Source: Camelus ferus
Lineage: Eukaryota
Assembly: GCF_009834535.1 (NCBI RefSeq)
Contig: NC_045696.1
Location: forward strand, 116,624,001-116,688,000
Length of the DNA stretch: 64,000 nt
Direction: 5' to 3'
Below are positions 1-12,080 of the stretch, piece after piece. The position numbers and the translations under genes are program-made. A model generated the notes under the pieces. It searched no databases, was not told the origin of the DNA, and saw nothing but the letters and a program-made list of their open reading frames with translations. How positions within the stretch are numbered: the stretch's first letter is position 1; each line of letters begins with the position of its first letter.

Positions 1-2029
1 TAGCAAACTCTCAATTATCTTTTTCTTATACATTTATTAAAAGGCACGATCTGAATCTTTCCCCAGAGGGTGCCAGACCACTTATACTAGCTGGGCATTC
101 CTGCTAGGTTCCTCTTCCCAGAGAGCACTCCACTTTGCTCTCACTTGCTCTTCACTGCAGTGGCTTGTTTAACTGCTTTATCTGCAGTCCCGGTGCCTGC
201 TAACACAGAATCCTCACACAGAAGCTGCTCAATAGATTCTTGTTGAAGGAATACTCTTTGTCTCATACTCTCACTACAGGTGTCTTCTTCCATTCCACCT
301 CTACCAGGTTTTTTCCCTCTCAATCCCTCTCTGTTTTCACCCCTCTCTCTCTCCCTGTTGGCCTGTGAATCACTTTCTGTCTCTTTTCTCTGCCTTCATC
401 TTTCTATGTGTCCTAACTCCTCTCACGTCGTCTCTTTATCAACTTCGGAATTGCTTCCATATGCCTCTCTTCTCACTTTTACTCTGCTCACCATTTCTAG
501 CTCTACCTTTGATGGCCTGTTCTCAACAAGTGGGGCTTTAGAATCCACAAAATTGAGACAGCAAAGTGTGGGAGCCATTAACCTTAATTTTCCAATTGTT
601 TCTTTATTGGATGCTTTCAGGCTTTTCCTCTTTCCAAGATGTGGATCCAGGTTGGAGGATGAGTGGCAGGTGCTTCCAAATAAGAACATCGTTCTCAAAA
701 GCACCAGGGTAAGGCCATTTAAAAAGTCACTGACCTTCTGCAGCAGGAGACTCCACAGTGCCAGCCTGCCTCTTCTTTTTTTCTCTCTCTTTTTAATCTT
801 AGGAAATATGCTAGTTTCATCAAAGTGGAATTTCCTGCTGCAAATGAAGGTCAAAGCACTGCTTATTTTAGTTTCCATGGAGTCCACTCTTCTCGGGTCA
901 GAAGCAGTATTCGGGGAGATGAGTCTGGCTCCAACATCACACCAGCCCAACAAGGGAGGCAGGAGGGGTGAAGACGTGTAAATGAAGACAGGATGCTGGC
1001 TGTGCCTTGCTTGCTTTCAGATACTCAGCTGTGAAGAAGCCGCCCCGCCTGACAACCTACTTTGCTTTGAACTATTCTGGATCCGGGTTGCGTGGGCCAG
1101 GCGCAGGCATTCAAGGGAAAGGCTTACTTAGTTTCCCTTCAAGCTGTCTCAGAAACTTAGAATGTTTCAGAAGCAAATTTTCTTTATTTTCAATTAGGCA
1201 CCCATCATTCTGGCATTAAGTTTATATTTGGACTCAGATATATGGCTGCCGATGACAAAAGTAATGAAAAGGTCCCAGAGGCCCCTTTCTCTGGTGCAGT
1301 AGGTGCAAATCAACTAGTGACAGCAACAGAACATGGAAGTGTGTTTGCAGAAGGTGGGTACGCCAAGATCTTCTGCTTTTTTGTAAATTACAAAAGGAAC
1401 CAGTTCTGGGCTGTCCATTTAAACTCTCATTTAAATGGTGATTGCATTATAGAGGAAGGTCTCTTGGCTGACCACTGCCTCAAGCTGGCCTCCATGATTT
1501 CCTTGTAAACAGCCAAAGGACCTCTTTCCTTGGTTAATCAAAACCCTTGCTTTGACATACATCTGACTGAGCAAGGCTGGAGATTCAGGAGGTAGACACA
1601 AATGCTCTCCCTCACTTTTTCTGCCTCAGCCCCACTGGCCTTTTTTACACTCTTCAATTTCCTGCATTTCTTCTTGCCACTGTTTGTATTTCCTGGAATG
1701 CTCCTTCTTGTTGTCTTCAGCTACTTCCCTTCTGCTCAGGTGTCACTTCCTCAGGTGTCACTTCCTCAGAGGAAGCTTCACCGACTTCCTGACTATTGAG
1801 CATCACAGTAACCTTCCAAATATCAGATTTCACATGGTATAAGCTCTCCTTATTGATTTGTCCAGGTTGGGATATTTCTTTTGGTGATTATCTGATTAAT
1901 GTCTGTCTCCCTTACTAGACTATGTGCTCCACAGACACAGGGCCTGGTTTTGGTTACTCTGCAACTGCAGTATTTGGCAGTGAGCTTATTAACACATGGT
2001 GGACAATGACATGAAACTGGACAGAAAAT

Positions 2030-2426
2030 GCCAGGAAAAGTCTCTCTCTGGTGTAGTCTCTGAAAAACACCAGTCAAACCAAATGCCATGTCCTGCAATG
2101 GCCAGGGGTGGGAAATTGTGGGTGCTTTTGATGGATCAGCAAAGCCTCAGCAAGCAGAAATTCCAGGATAAGCCCCTTATGGTGCAGAATTTCCTCTGTG
2201 GGATGATAATTCTCATGGACATGCATCTTCTTGAGACCTACCTTTCTGCTAGATTGCTGGAGCCCCTGGAATCCTGGTTCCCAGAGTTGAAAAGGATCAT
2301 CTAATTCTGTGGATTTCAACTGGGGAAGTTTTACCCCCAGGCGACATTTGACAATGCCAAGAGACATGTCTGATGTCAAACTGGAGGAGAGGATTCTTAG
2401 TGGAGGCAAAGATGCTGCTGAACTTC
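2030..2426 (-). pseudogene. Highly degenerate SCAN-domain exon of an unidentified ZSCAN/ZKSCAN-type gene
   Basis: Acceptor tttcctgtgccttacag|G at 2427/2426. Motifs in SCAN order: LGIVK, AWG*NF (cf. WGQES), PGFQGLQ..VGLKK (cf. QRFRGF..AGPRE), LHHKGLILEFLLAEALLIH (cf. MHTKEQILELLVLEQFLTI), TGVFQRLHQRE (cf. VTVLEDLQRE). Confidence 0.4.
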
Positions 2427-2626
2427 CTGTAAGGCACAGGAAAGCTCCCCGTAAGAAAGAAGTATCTTATCTCCATGTGTCACTATTGAGAAGTCCTGAT
2501 CTAACTAATGTGCCTGAAACGCTCTTGCTTCTTAGGAGTCTTGTATTGGAAAAAAAATCTTGTACTGGAAAAACGTTAGCTTTATATTTTGAGGGAGTAT
2601 GTAAGAAGTGTGTTGTCTGGTGGAGT

Positions 2627-2906
2627 ACTGATTAGCTACAAGTAGCTACGCAAATAGCCTTAACTGACACGTGCATGGGTAAAACTACACTGGGTTTCTT
2701 AGTATGGAAAAAAAATGTAAAAGATTGCATAATAATTTTAAAATATTATTTACATGTTGAAATTATAATTTTGAAATATTAAATTAAGTAAAATAGGTTA
2801 TTAAAGCTAATTCCATCTGTTTCTTTTTACTTTTTTCTTTGTGTGGTTACTAGATCATTTAAAATTACATATGTAGCTTATTATATTTTCATTGGACAGC
2901 TCTGGC
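2627..2906. mobile_element. hAT-Charlie MITE (MER33/MER3-like)
   Basis: AT-rich body ending ...cattggacagctctggcctag, typical of MER3/MER33. Confidence 0.55.
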
Positions 2907-3877
2907 CTAGAAAATGAGGAACTACTGAGTTAGAGATTTTGGACATAAGCTAACCTGCTCATATTGAAAAGAACAAAACCTGAAAGACAACATCTTTCAT
3001 TTATCTAATTCCTCCACCCAGTAGACATTTTTGAACACATGCCATATGCTAATCATCAGGCATATTAAAGTACTTTTTCTGAAGAGTTCAGTCTATAGAA
3101 AAGTGTGATTAGGTACCTAGATGATCCAGGGAACATGCCTGCAGAGGTGATGAAGTTTTATCTGGATCTGTCCTTCCACACCTTACCATTCCCTCTTCTG
3201 CAACTTACCAACTGGAAGGTAGTCTTCACTTCTCTACCAACTGTCTTGAGCCGAATGACTGAACCCTACCTGGGCCACTGTAGCTCAAAGCAATCCTTGG
3301 TGATTTTAAACTTTAAATGGTCTTGGTTTGTTGATTTCAATAGGCACTTGATAATGTAGTTCTTGTCAGGGCTCTCTTGTTCTATTGTAAAGCACATGAA
3401 ATACTGAAACAGTAATACACAGATATACTTGTTGAATGCAGGAATGACCATTCCAGAGGGTCTCATTAAATTAAGTCCTGCTTTCTTGGAATTACAGGAC
3501 AATATGGTAACACAAAGGCTGTGTACAGATTTCTTCACTAAATGATCCAGCTGCACACTCTCTCCCCTTTGGCCTTTGCATCTGATGTTCCCTTGGCACT
3601 TTCCACTTTGCCCTTTGCATGGATAACCCCTGTTTAGCTTTTGGTCTCAGTTTCAATGCTGTTTCGTTTGGTGAGCCACCTCTGACAACTGCCACCCTAA
3701 AAGATTATGTGCTGCGTCTCCCAAGGCAGTGTTTGTCTCCTGAGAGACTCCTGAGAGTCTACACAAATTCAATTCCATGTCCCATCTTCTTCATTAGACC
3801 ATGAGATTCAAGCGGCAGTGTCTGTGTTTCATTTGCTCACTGTTGCAAATGTTTCTTAGCATCCAGCCCCAAGATAG

Positions 3878-4310
3878 TATGCCTTAGGTTAGGTTCCCCA
3901 GAAGCAGACACTGGGGGAAGGAGTGCATGCAGGTGATTTTATAAGAAAGTTTTCCCAGGAGAAAGAGAGTGGGGGGGAGCAGAACAGGTGCAGAGAAGGA
4001 AGATGAGCAAGGGTGTAATTTCAGATGAGGCTCGTCCTGATTTTGTTGAGAGCTCTGAATCTTACACCTCTTATTTTTCGCAGCCCAAGTCAAAGGAGTT
4101 GGAGCTCCACTGGTAAATCATTGGAAATGAGCATTCTTGGAGGACATGAACTCCTAGGTCCTTCTGGTTCTCTGCCCTTGTAGGAAAAACAAGCAAAGTG
4201 ACTCCTGGAGCCTAAGGAAGGTTTATGAAGAGGGTAGTGGGGTAGGCCATTGAAAGCAAAAGCATAGATATTGGAGAAGGGTGCACAGAAATTGTGAAGG
4301 GGGCCTGAGC
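3878..4310. mobile_element. ERVL-class solo LTR (LTR33-like)
   Basis: Begins ttaggttaggttccccagaagcagacactg, resembling the recalled LTR33 terminus. Confidence 0.45.
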
Positions 4311-5284
4311 TTTAATAGACTTCCTGTCCCTTCCTTTCTCTCCTCTCTTATGTTAGGTAATTAGCTAAGGGCCTAGAACAGTACCATAAAGTCTTAACAA
4401 ATGTGACTGAATAAATGAGTACCTCCAGTGTCAGGTCATAGCCCTCTGTCCTCCTCTCTGTTGTTATCCTATTAGAAACAAAATTAGACGAAGACATGGT
4501 TGACCCCTATACCAATATTGCTAATGACACAAATTGCATATAGGTAATACAGTGTTGAATAAATCAAAACTGAAACTGATCATGAGAAGCTGGACAATGG
4601 ATCAAAGTGATCCATATGAAATATAATTTTAAAACCTAATCATTAGAGAAAGATATCAATAGCACAATCCAAAGAGGGGCTTGAATAGACAACATTGATG
4701 ATGAATTGATAACAATTCATGTGAAAGACTTACAGGTTTTACAAGCTATCTGGTCACCATAAACTACCATTATGCTTTTCTGAAGAAGCTAAGATGGTCT
4801 TAGGAAACAGAACATGTTACATTATGAAGTATTTCTAAGACTTGCTTATTTCAATCTAAAGAAGAATACCTGAATTGTTACCAGTTTGAAATGCAATAAT
4901 GTCCCCTGAGGCAGTGAACTATCTACCACTGATGGAGTTCTCATCTAAGAAGGATGAAATTCATTTAGGAGGAAGGTTCAACTAGGTGATCTAAAAGACT
5001 TTCAGTTCTACGGTTCTAAGATTTAAGTGGAAATTCTTTGAGCTTCAGTTTATGTTGTCTGTAAAATAAGAGAGTTTTCAGAACAAATTAACGTTTTTTT
5101 CTCTCTAATTTGAGAATATCTGGGTGTCCCCATGTCATCAGGTAACTAAGAATTCCAGTTTTCCAGTCCTCAGCTAGATCCTGAAAGGAAAGCTAAAACC
5201 AAAGAAATCAGATCCTTCTTAAAAAGGCTTTTTAAGACTGGCACCAATTGGACTGGCACTTAATAGGACTGGAATTCTCTGGAA

Positions 5285-6861
5285 CAGCAGTTCTGAAAAT
5301 ATGGTCCACAGGCCCCTGGGGATACTCAAGAGCTTTTCAGGAAGTCTGTGAGGTTAAAGCTATTTTTATAATAAGACGGTATTTGCCTTTTGCATTGTGT
5401 TGATATACATGCTGATGGTGCAAAACCTGTGGTATGAAAACTGCTGGTGTCTAATACAAATCAAGGCAGTTCCACCAAACTGTATTAGTCAGCAGTCATT
5501 GTATGCTTCATTGCTGCACACTCACGAATGTCAATTTTACTTAAGAAAGTCCTTTATGAACTAGTAAAATTGCTAATCTTATTAAATCACCCTAGAGTAC
5601 ACTTTAAAAATATTCAGGGTTACATAATGGGAAGTATGCATAAAGCAGCTGTGTGCTTTGAGTTTAAAGCTTTTTTCATGCAGCCTGGAAGTTCCATTTT
5701 TACTTGAAAGATCTATTGACAACCTATGGTTATTCAGAATTGGGTATCTGGCAAATATTTATTCAAAAATAAGTGAAGTAAGCTGCCGCTCAAGTTTTCA
5801 TGTGAAAATCAGAATTTTAGAGAACCTATATCTGTTATGTGATTTGTTGGTGTTGGTTTTGGTTTTTTTGGCACAGAGGTAACTATGTCTACTTACTTAT
5901 TTATTTTTAGAGGAGGTAGTGGGGATTGAACCCAGTACTCTGAGCATGCTAAGCATTTACACTACCATTTGAGCTATACCCTTCCCCTTGTTATGTGATC
6001 TTGACATTTTCCCAAAGACTTTCCTGATGAGATCAGTGGTAATATTAACTAATATTATTTTTTTGGTATTCTATAATAAAATGTGTTAACATTTGGAAGA
6101 TCTACATAAATCAGAGAACAAGTATTTCCCAAATGACCATCTTATGATGTTACAAAATTATTCATGTTTAAGAGAGCCATTCAGGGTGCAAGAAAGACCA
6201 ATGGATTTTGATGTCACAGAACATGCAAAGCTCACTGAGACTGTTTCAGATTCCTCATTGTAACTTACCTTTAAGAAACTACCCACTTGTTGAGTTTTGA
6301 CACAGCATCAAAGAACAAAATCCACAAATATCTGAAAAAGCTGTTAAAATATTCCTTTTTCCAATTACATAATTCTATGAGGCCTCATTTTCTTCATATA
6401 CTTCAATCCAAAAAACACACAGCATTTGGCTGAATGCAGAAGCTGATATAAAAATCCAGCTGTCTTTTATTAAGCTAGATATTAAAGGGATTTGCAAAAA
6501 TGTAAAATGATGCTACTTCTCTTTGTCTTTTTGTTTGGGGGAAATACAGATTTTTTTTAAAGAGAGATACTTATTTTTATTCATAATGAAATCTGATTAC
6601 AAATACAGGTATTTCCAAATGCAGATACAGTCTTTGCCCCATGGTGTTTATATCTAGGCTAACTACTCTTAAGATGCTATTTTTCATAAAGTACATTACT
6701 TATGCTAACATGCAATAAATATATTTAAAAATTGAATAATAAATATTTCACATATTTTCTGTTTTAATTTCTAATACTGTAAATATTAATGGATATAACT
6801 CACGTAAAAATTTTTGAATTTTCTCTATAATTTCAAGTGTAAAGAAGTTAAGAATACACTG
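5285..6861 (+). mobile_element. Charlie1-family hAT DNA transposon (Charlie1a-like, non-autonomous)
   Basis: Starts cagcagttctgaaaatatggtccacaggcccctgggg (Charlie1 5' end). Contains degenerate hAT C-terminal-dimerisation-domain sequence; ends ...gttaagaatacactg. Confidence 0.75.
5844..5988 (-). mobile_element. tRNA-derived SINE (camelid Vic-1-like) nested in Charlie1
   Basis: Minus strand ggggaagggtatagctcaaatggtag...gggttcaatcccc (A and B boxes) with A-rich tail; TSD tgttatgtgat at 5833-5843 and 5989-5999. Confidence 0.8.
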
Positions 6862-9800
6862 GAGCTGAAAAATGGCAATTCTATCAGGACCTCCCTTTTA
6901 GAATTGACTTTATTTGCTCTGAAACAGCCTTTTCTTGGCTTTGTTTCTAGCCTTAAAATAAGAATGCCAAAGTTGAGCTCTTGATCAGTGTTAAAGCTTC
7001 ACTAAGTTTTGTCCAAATCCATGAACTTCACTGCCCTTACTAAATCCCCTTTGGGAAATTAACAGCTTGAGTGACTGAAAGTCCTCTCAGCCTTTCTTGG
7101 ATGTGAAATAGTTCACTTCAGTGGCTGTACTTCCGTGTGGTGTGAAATGATCCCTACATTGGACCCCTGCTATGGGAGCCATTACCAAACTGGGAATGGA
7201 AAACAAAGCCAAAAATAGGGCATAAATGTGTGCTACCAAGAAAAAAAATTACATGAAAACTCAAACTTGAATTATTAAGGGACAGCTGTCTTAAGGAATA
7301 CCCAAATCTAAAATGAATGTATACAGATTTCCTTTAATATATTCTTTTCTCTGGGCAGGCAATTATTTGCTTACTGCTCAATCAGTTAGTAAAGAATCTT
7401 AAACCTATTGAATAGAAGTCACAGTCAATTAACGAGCCATAAGAAATGGTTCCTATTTCTGAAATTATAATGCAAGTCAAGAGGGTACTATTTGATTTTA
7501 AATAATTAGATTGATGGGTAACATTCTTTGGAAATCTCTTTACTAAGGAAAGTGCTCTCATATTAAGAACAAAATACAAACTCTACACAGTGTCTTTAGC
7601 CATTGACAACAATTTTAAAATGAGGCTACTCAGAATGGCTTTTCTGGCAATTGAAATAATTTCTCACATAGTAGAAATTTCATTAAGCTACAAATTATGG
7701 AGGAAATTTAATGTCTTTTTCTTGAGAAATTATTTGAATACTCACAAATATCATCCATGCTAATTACTGGCTAAAAGTCAAACTAATAAGCCAAGTGTAG
7801 CACAGGTCTACACTTATGGTTAATATTTTATCACATTTATTTTTAATTAATCAGGTACTGCATAGTGAAACTTCCATATAAGTTAATTTATTTATTGAGC
7901 ACTGCCCTTCTCCCCAGTCTGAGTCTTTTGACAATATACATATGTTTGGACTTATTAATCCTATTGTATGTTTTTGTTTTATTTTTCATTCTTATTTTTC
8001 TCATTCTTATTTTCTTGTTATTTTCTGGATTACTGGAAGCTTCCTGGTTGTATGTCTTCTCCTGTCACTGGTTTGGCACTATACATTTCATTACTGTTCT
8101 TCTAAAGGTGGCCCCCGAAACTTCACATAAACAACACTGGCCCTTCGTTGTGAAGGGTATCTACTGACTACTACAAAACCCAAGAACACTATATTTAGCT
8201 AAGTTATCACTGACCTGTTAGGATGGAAAAAAAAAAAAGATATTTTCAGATATGCAGGAATTCAGAGAGTGTATCACTCAAGACCACCTCTGAAGATAAT
8301 AAGCAAGAGAGAGTTATAACTCAACACAAAGAATCACAAAAGAGACTGCTATTGGGGAATGAGGAAGAAGAGAGAAAACAGAGAAGAGCTTGACACTACA
8401 GAGTATCTATCACTCTCTATCTACCCACTTAGCTAGCCGTGAATTTTTTGAACCAACAAAGCCTATTATATGTCCATAAAACATTCATACACTTGGACAT
8501 ATTTTTATAAGTAGAGATTTAAGTAGCCATATTTTTCTGACCATAATCTAGTAAAATTATAAATGAATAACTTAAAAGAACTCAATGATTATTAAATGTT
8601 TTAAATGAATAACTCAAAGTGAAAGGTTAAAAACTTTTTCTCTAAGATCAAGAATAAGATAGGATGCCCACACTCACCACTCATACTCAGCATAATACTT
8701 GAAGTCCTAGCCAGAACAATTAGGCAGGTAAAAGAAATAAAAGGCATCTAGGTAAGAGAAGAAGTATAATTTTCTGTGTTTTTGCTGATTTTTTTATATT
8801 AAAAATCCTAAAGACTACACCAAAAGACTATCAGAACTAATAAATCAAATCAGTAAAGTTGCAGGGTACAAAATCAACACACAAAAATCAACTGCATTTC
8901 TATAGTTCTACATATTAAAAACAAACCATATAAAAAGATATAAAGAAAATAATCCCACTTACAATAGCATCAAATACAATAAAATACTTAGGAATAAATT
9001 TAACCAAAGAGATAAAATATCTGTACACTGACATTTATAAGACACTGATGAAAAAAAATGAAGACATGTAAGTGGAAAGACGTATGTGTTCATGGGTTGG
9101 AAGAAATAATATTATTGGTATGTCCATACTACCCACAGTGACCTACAAATTGAATCCAATCTCTATCAAAATCCCAATTGTATTTTTCACAGAACTGGGA
9201 CAAATAATCCAAAAATTAGTACAGAACCACAAATGACCCCAAATAGCCAAAGCAACCCTAAGAAAGAAGAACAAAGCTGAGGCATCACATGTCCTCATTT
9301 AAAACTATATTACAAAGCTATAGTAATCAAAACAGTATGGTGCTGGCATAAAAACAGACACACAGACCAATGGAGCAGAATCAGAGCCCAGAAATAAACC
9401 ATACATGTTCAGTCAACTAATACAGACAAGGGGGCCAAAATACTCAATGTGTAAAGGATAGTCTCTTCAGTAAATGATGTTTTGGAAAACTGGGTATTTC
9501 AAAGCAAAAGAATGAAACTAGATCCTTATCTTACACTCCTCACAAAAATTAACTTGAAATGTATTAAAGATTTAAATGTTAAGACCTGAAACTATAAAAG
9601 TCCTAGAAGAAAACATTAGGGTAAATCTCCTTGACTTTGGTCTTGGCAATACCTTTTGGATATGACACTGAACTGCAAGAAGCAAAAGCAAAAATACACA
9701 AATGAGACTACATCAAACTAAAAAGTTTCTGCACAGCTGAAGAATCAACAAAATGAAAAGGCAACATATGAAGTGAGAGAAAATATTTGCAAATCATATA

Positions 9801-9907
9801 TCTTATAGGGGTTTAATACCCAAGTTATACAAGGAAATCATATAATTCAAAAGCAATAAAACAATCTGATTAAAAAGTGGGCAGGGGAACTTGATAGACA
9901 TTTTTCT

Positions 9908-10405
9908 TCCTTGTTTTTAGTTGTGCACTATATATATTTCTCTTTTTTTTAAACACTGTTATCATGGTATGGTTCCTGTACAGTAAACTACACATATTTC
10001 AGATGTACAATTTGATGAATTTTGATAGATGTATATACCAATGAAACCACTACCACAATCAAGATAGCTAACATTCCCATTCCTCCCCAACAGGTGCAAT
10101 TTTTGAATTCCCAATTTATCCCTTCCTACCTCCTTTAACCCTTGGTAACTGTAAGTTTGTTCTCTATGTCAGTGAGTCTGTTTCTGTTTTGTGGATAAGT
10201 TCATTTGTGTCCTTTTTTAAGATTCTACATATAAGCTATATCACATGGCATTTTTCTTTCTCTTTCTGACTTAATTCACTTAGAATGAGGATCTCCAGGT
10301 CCATCCATGTTGCTGCAAATAGCATTATTTTATTCTTTTTTTTTTTATGGCTGAGTAGTATGTATGTGTATATTATATATATATAATCACATCTTCTTTA
10401 TCCAG
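9908..10405 (-). mobile_element. Composite antisense L1 3'-end insertion within the L1
   Basis: TSD gatagacatttttct (9893-9907) / gatagatatttttct (10406-10420). Confidence 0.7.
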
Positions 10406-11169
10406 GATAGATATTTTTCTACAGGAGACATTCAAGTCAAGAGGTAAAAGAAAAGATGCTCAACATCACTAATCATCAGGGAAATGTAAATCAAAACCAC
10501 AAAGAGATATCACTTCACACCTGTGAGAATGGTTATTATCAAAAAGACAACAAATAACAAGTGTTGGTGAGGATGTAGATAAAAGGGAACCCTTGTACAC
10601 TGTGAGTGGCAATGTAACTGGTACAGTCACTATGGAAAATAGTATGGAGGTTTCTCAAGAAATTAAAAATAGGACTACCATATGACCCAGCAACCCCACT
10701 TCTGGGTATATATCCAAAGGAAATGAAATTACTATCTCAAAGAGTTATCTGCACCCCTATGTTCACTGCAGTATTAGTCACAATAGCCAAGACATGGAAA
10801 CAACCTCTGTGTCAGTCAACAGATTAATGAATAAAGAAGATGTGATGTATGTATTCAACAGAATAGTATTCATCCATAAAAAAAGAAGGAAACTCTGCCT
10901 TTTGCAACAAGATGATGTTAATGGGCATTACGCTAAGTGAAACAAGTCTGAAATAGAAAGGTAAGTACTTTATGATCTCTCTTATATGTAGGATTAAAAA
11001 AGGCTGAACTCATAGAAACAGAGAGCAGATTGGTGCTTGCCAAAGACTGGGGGGGCGGGAGAAATGGAGAGATGTTGGTCAAAAGGTACAAATTTCCAAT
11101 TATAAGATGAGTAACTCTGGGGATATAATATACAGCACAGTGACTACAGATAACATTACTGATTATATA

Positions 11170-11402
11170 CAGTTGATCCTTGAACAACATAGGTTTAAAC
11201 TGTGTGAGTCCACTCATATGCAATTTTTCTTCAGTAAATAAGTAATACAGTGCTACATGATCCATGGTTGATTGAATTCATGAATTCAAGACTGCAGATA
11301 GAAACTGTGGGTACGGAGGGCCAACTGGAAATGTTTAATAAGAGTTCTGACTACACAGTGGGTTGGCACCCTTAACCCCTGAGCTGTTCAAGAGTCAACT
11401 TG
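11170..11402. mobile_element. Tigger2-family MITE
   Basis: TIRs cagttgatccttgaacaac ... gttcaagagtcaact, preceded by TA. Confidence 0.75.
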
Positions 11403-11649
11403 AAAGCTGCTGAGAGTAGATCTTAAAATATTCTCACCACACACACAAAAATGGTAATTATGTGTCATGATAGAGGTGTTTTCTAGGCTTTTGTGTTAAT
11501 CATTTTGCAATATATATGTGTATCAAATCATCACATTGGACATCTTATACTTACATAACGTTATGTGTCAATTATATCTCGATAGCGCTAGAAAAATATT
11601 GCTATGATCACAGGCTTAGAAATATTTCTTTGGGAGCCTACTGTGGTTT

Positions 11650-12080
11650 TTGTTTGCTTTTTTTTTTTTTTTTTTTGGTGATATACTCAGAAGCACAATT
11701 GCTGGATTAACTGGTAATTCTATGTTTAATTTTTTGAGGAACCATCATATTTTTTTTTTCACAGTTACTACACCATTTACATTTCCACCAGCAAAGCATG
11801 TGTTTCAATTTCTTTATATCCTCAACAATACTTGTTATCTTCTGCTTTCCGGTTTTTGTTTTTGTTTTGGTAGTAGCCATCCTAATGGATGTGAAGTGGT
11901 ATCGCATTGTAGTTTTGATTTGCATTTCCCTAATGATTAGTGAAACTGAACATCTTTTCCTTTGTGTGCTGGCTATTTATGTATCTTCTTTTGAGAAATG
12001 TCTCAAAACTTACCCCCTTGTTTAATTGGGTTGTTTGGCTTTTTGTTGTTGAGTTGTAGGAGTTCTTTATATATTCTCTA
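11650..12080 (-). mobile_element. L1 ORF2 C-terminal fragment
   Basis: [17 protein letters not shown]...LCWWKCKW motif in ORF 11707-11925. Confidence 0.8.

Larger units (their letters stand above)
8160..11595 (+). mobile_element. Older L1 (ORF2 3' half plus 3' UTR), interrupted by nested insertions
   Basis: Degenerate ORF2 RT/C-terminal sequence (aaagttgcagggtacaaaatcaac, caaaacagtatggtgctggcataaaaacagacac) running into a 3' UTR. Confidence 0.85.

Noticed and set aside
280..981. 233-aa plus-strand ORF
   Set aside because: S/L/F-rich product of CT-rich low-complexity DNA with a GTG start; no recognisable domain.
1736..1769. Short tandem duplications (also about 29211-29254 and 51406-51442)
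   Set aside because: Two-copy slippage duplications; not arrays and not CRISPR-like.
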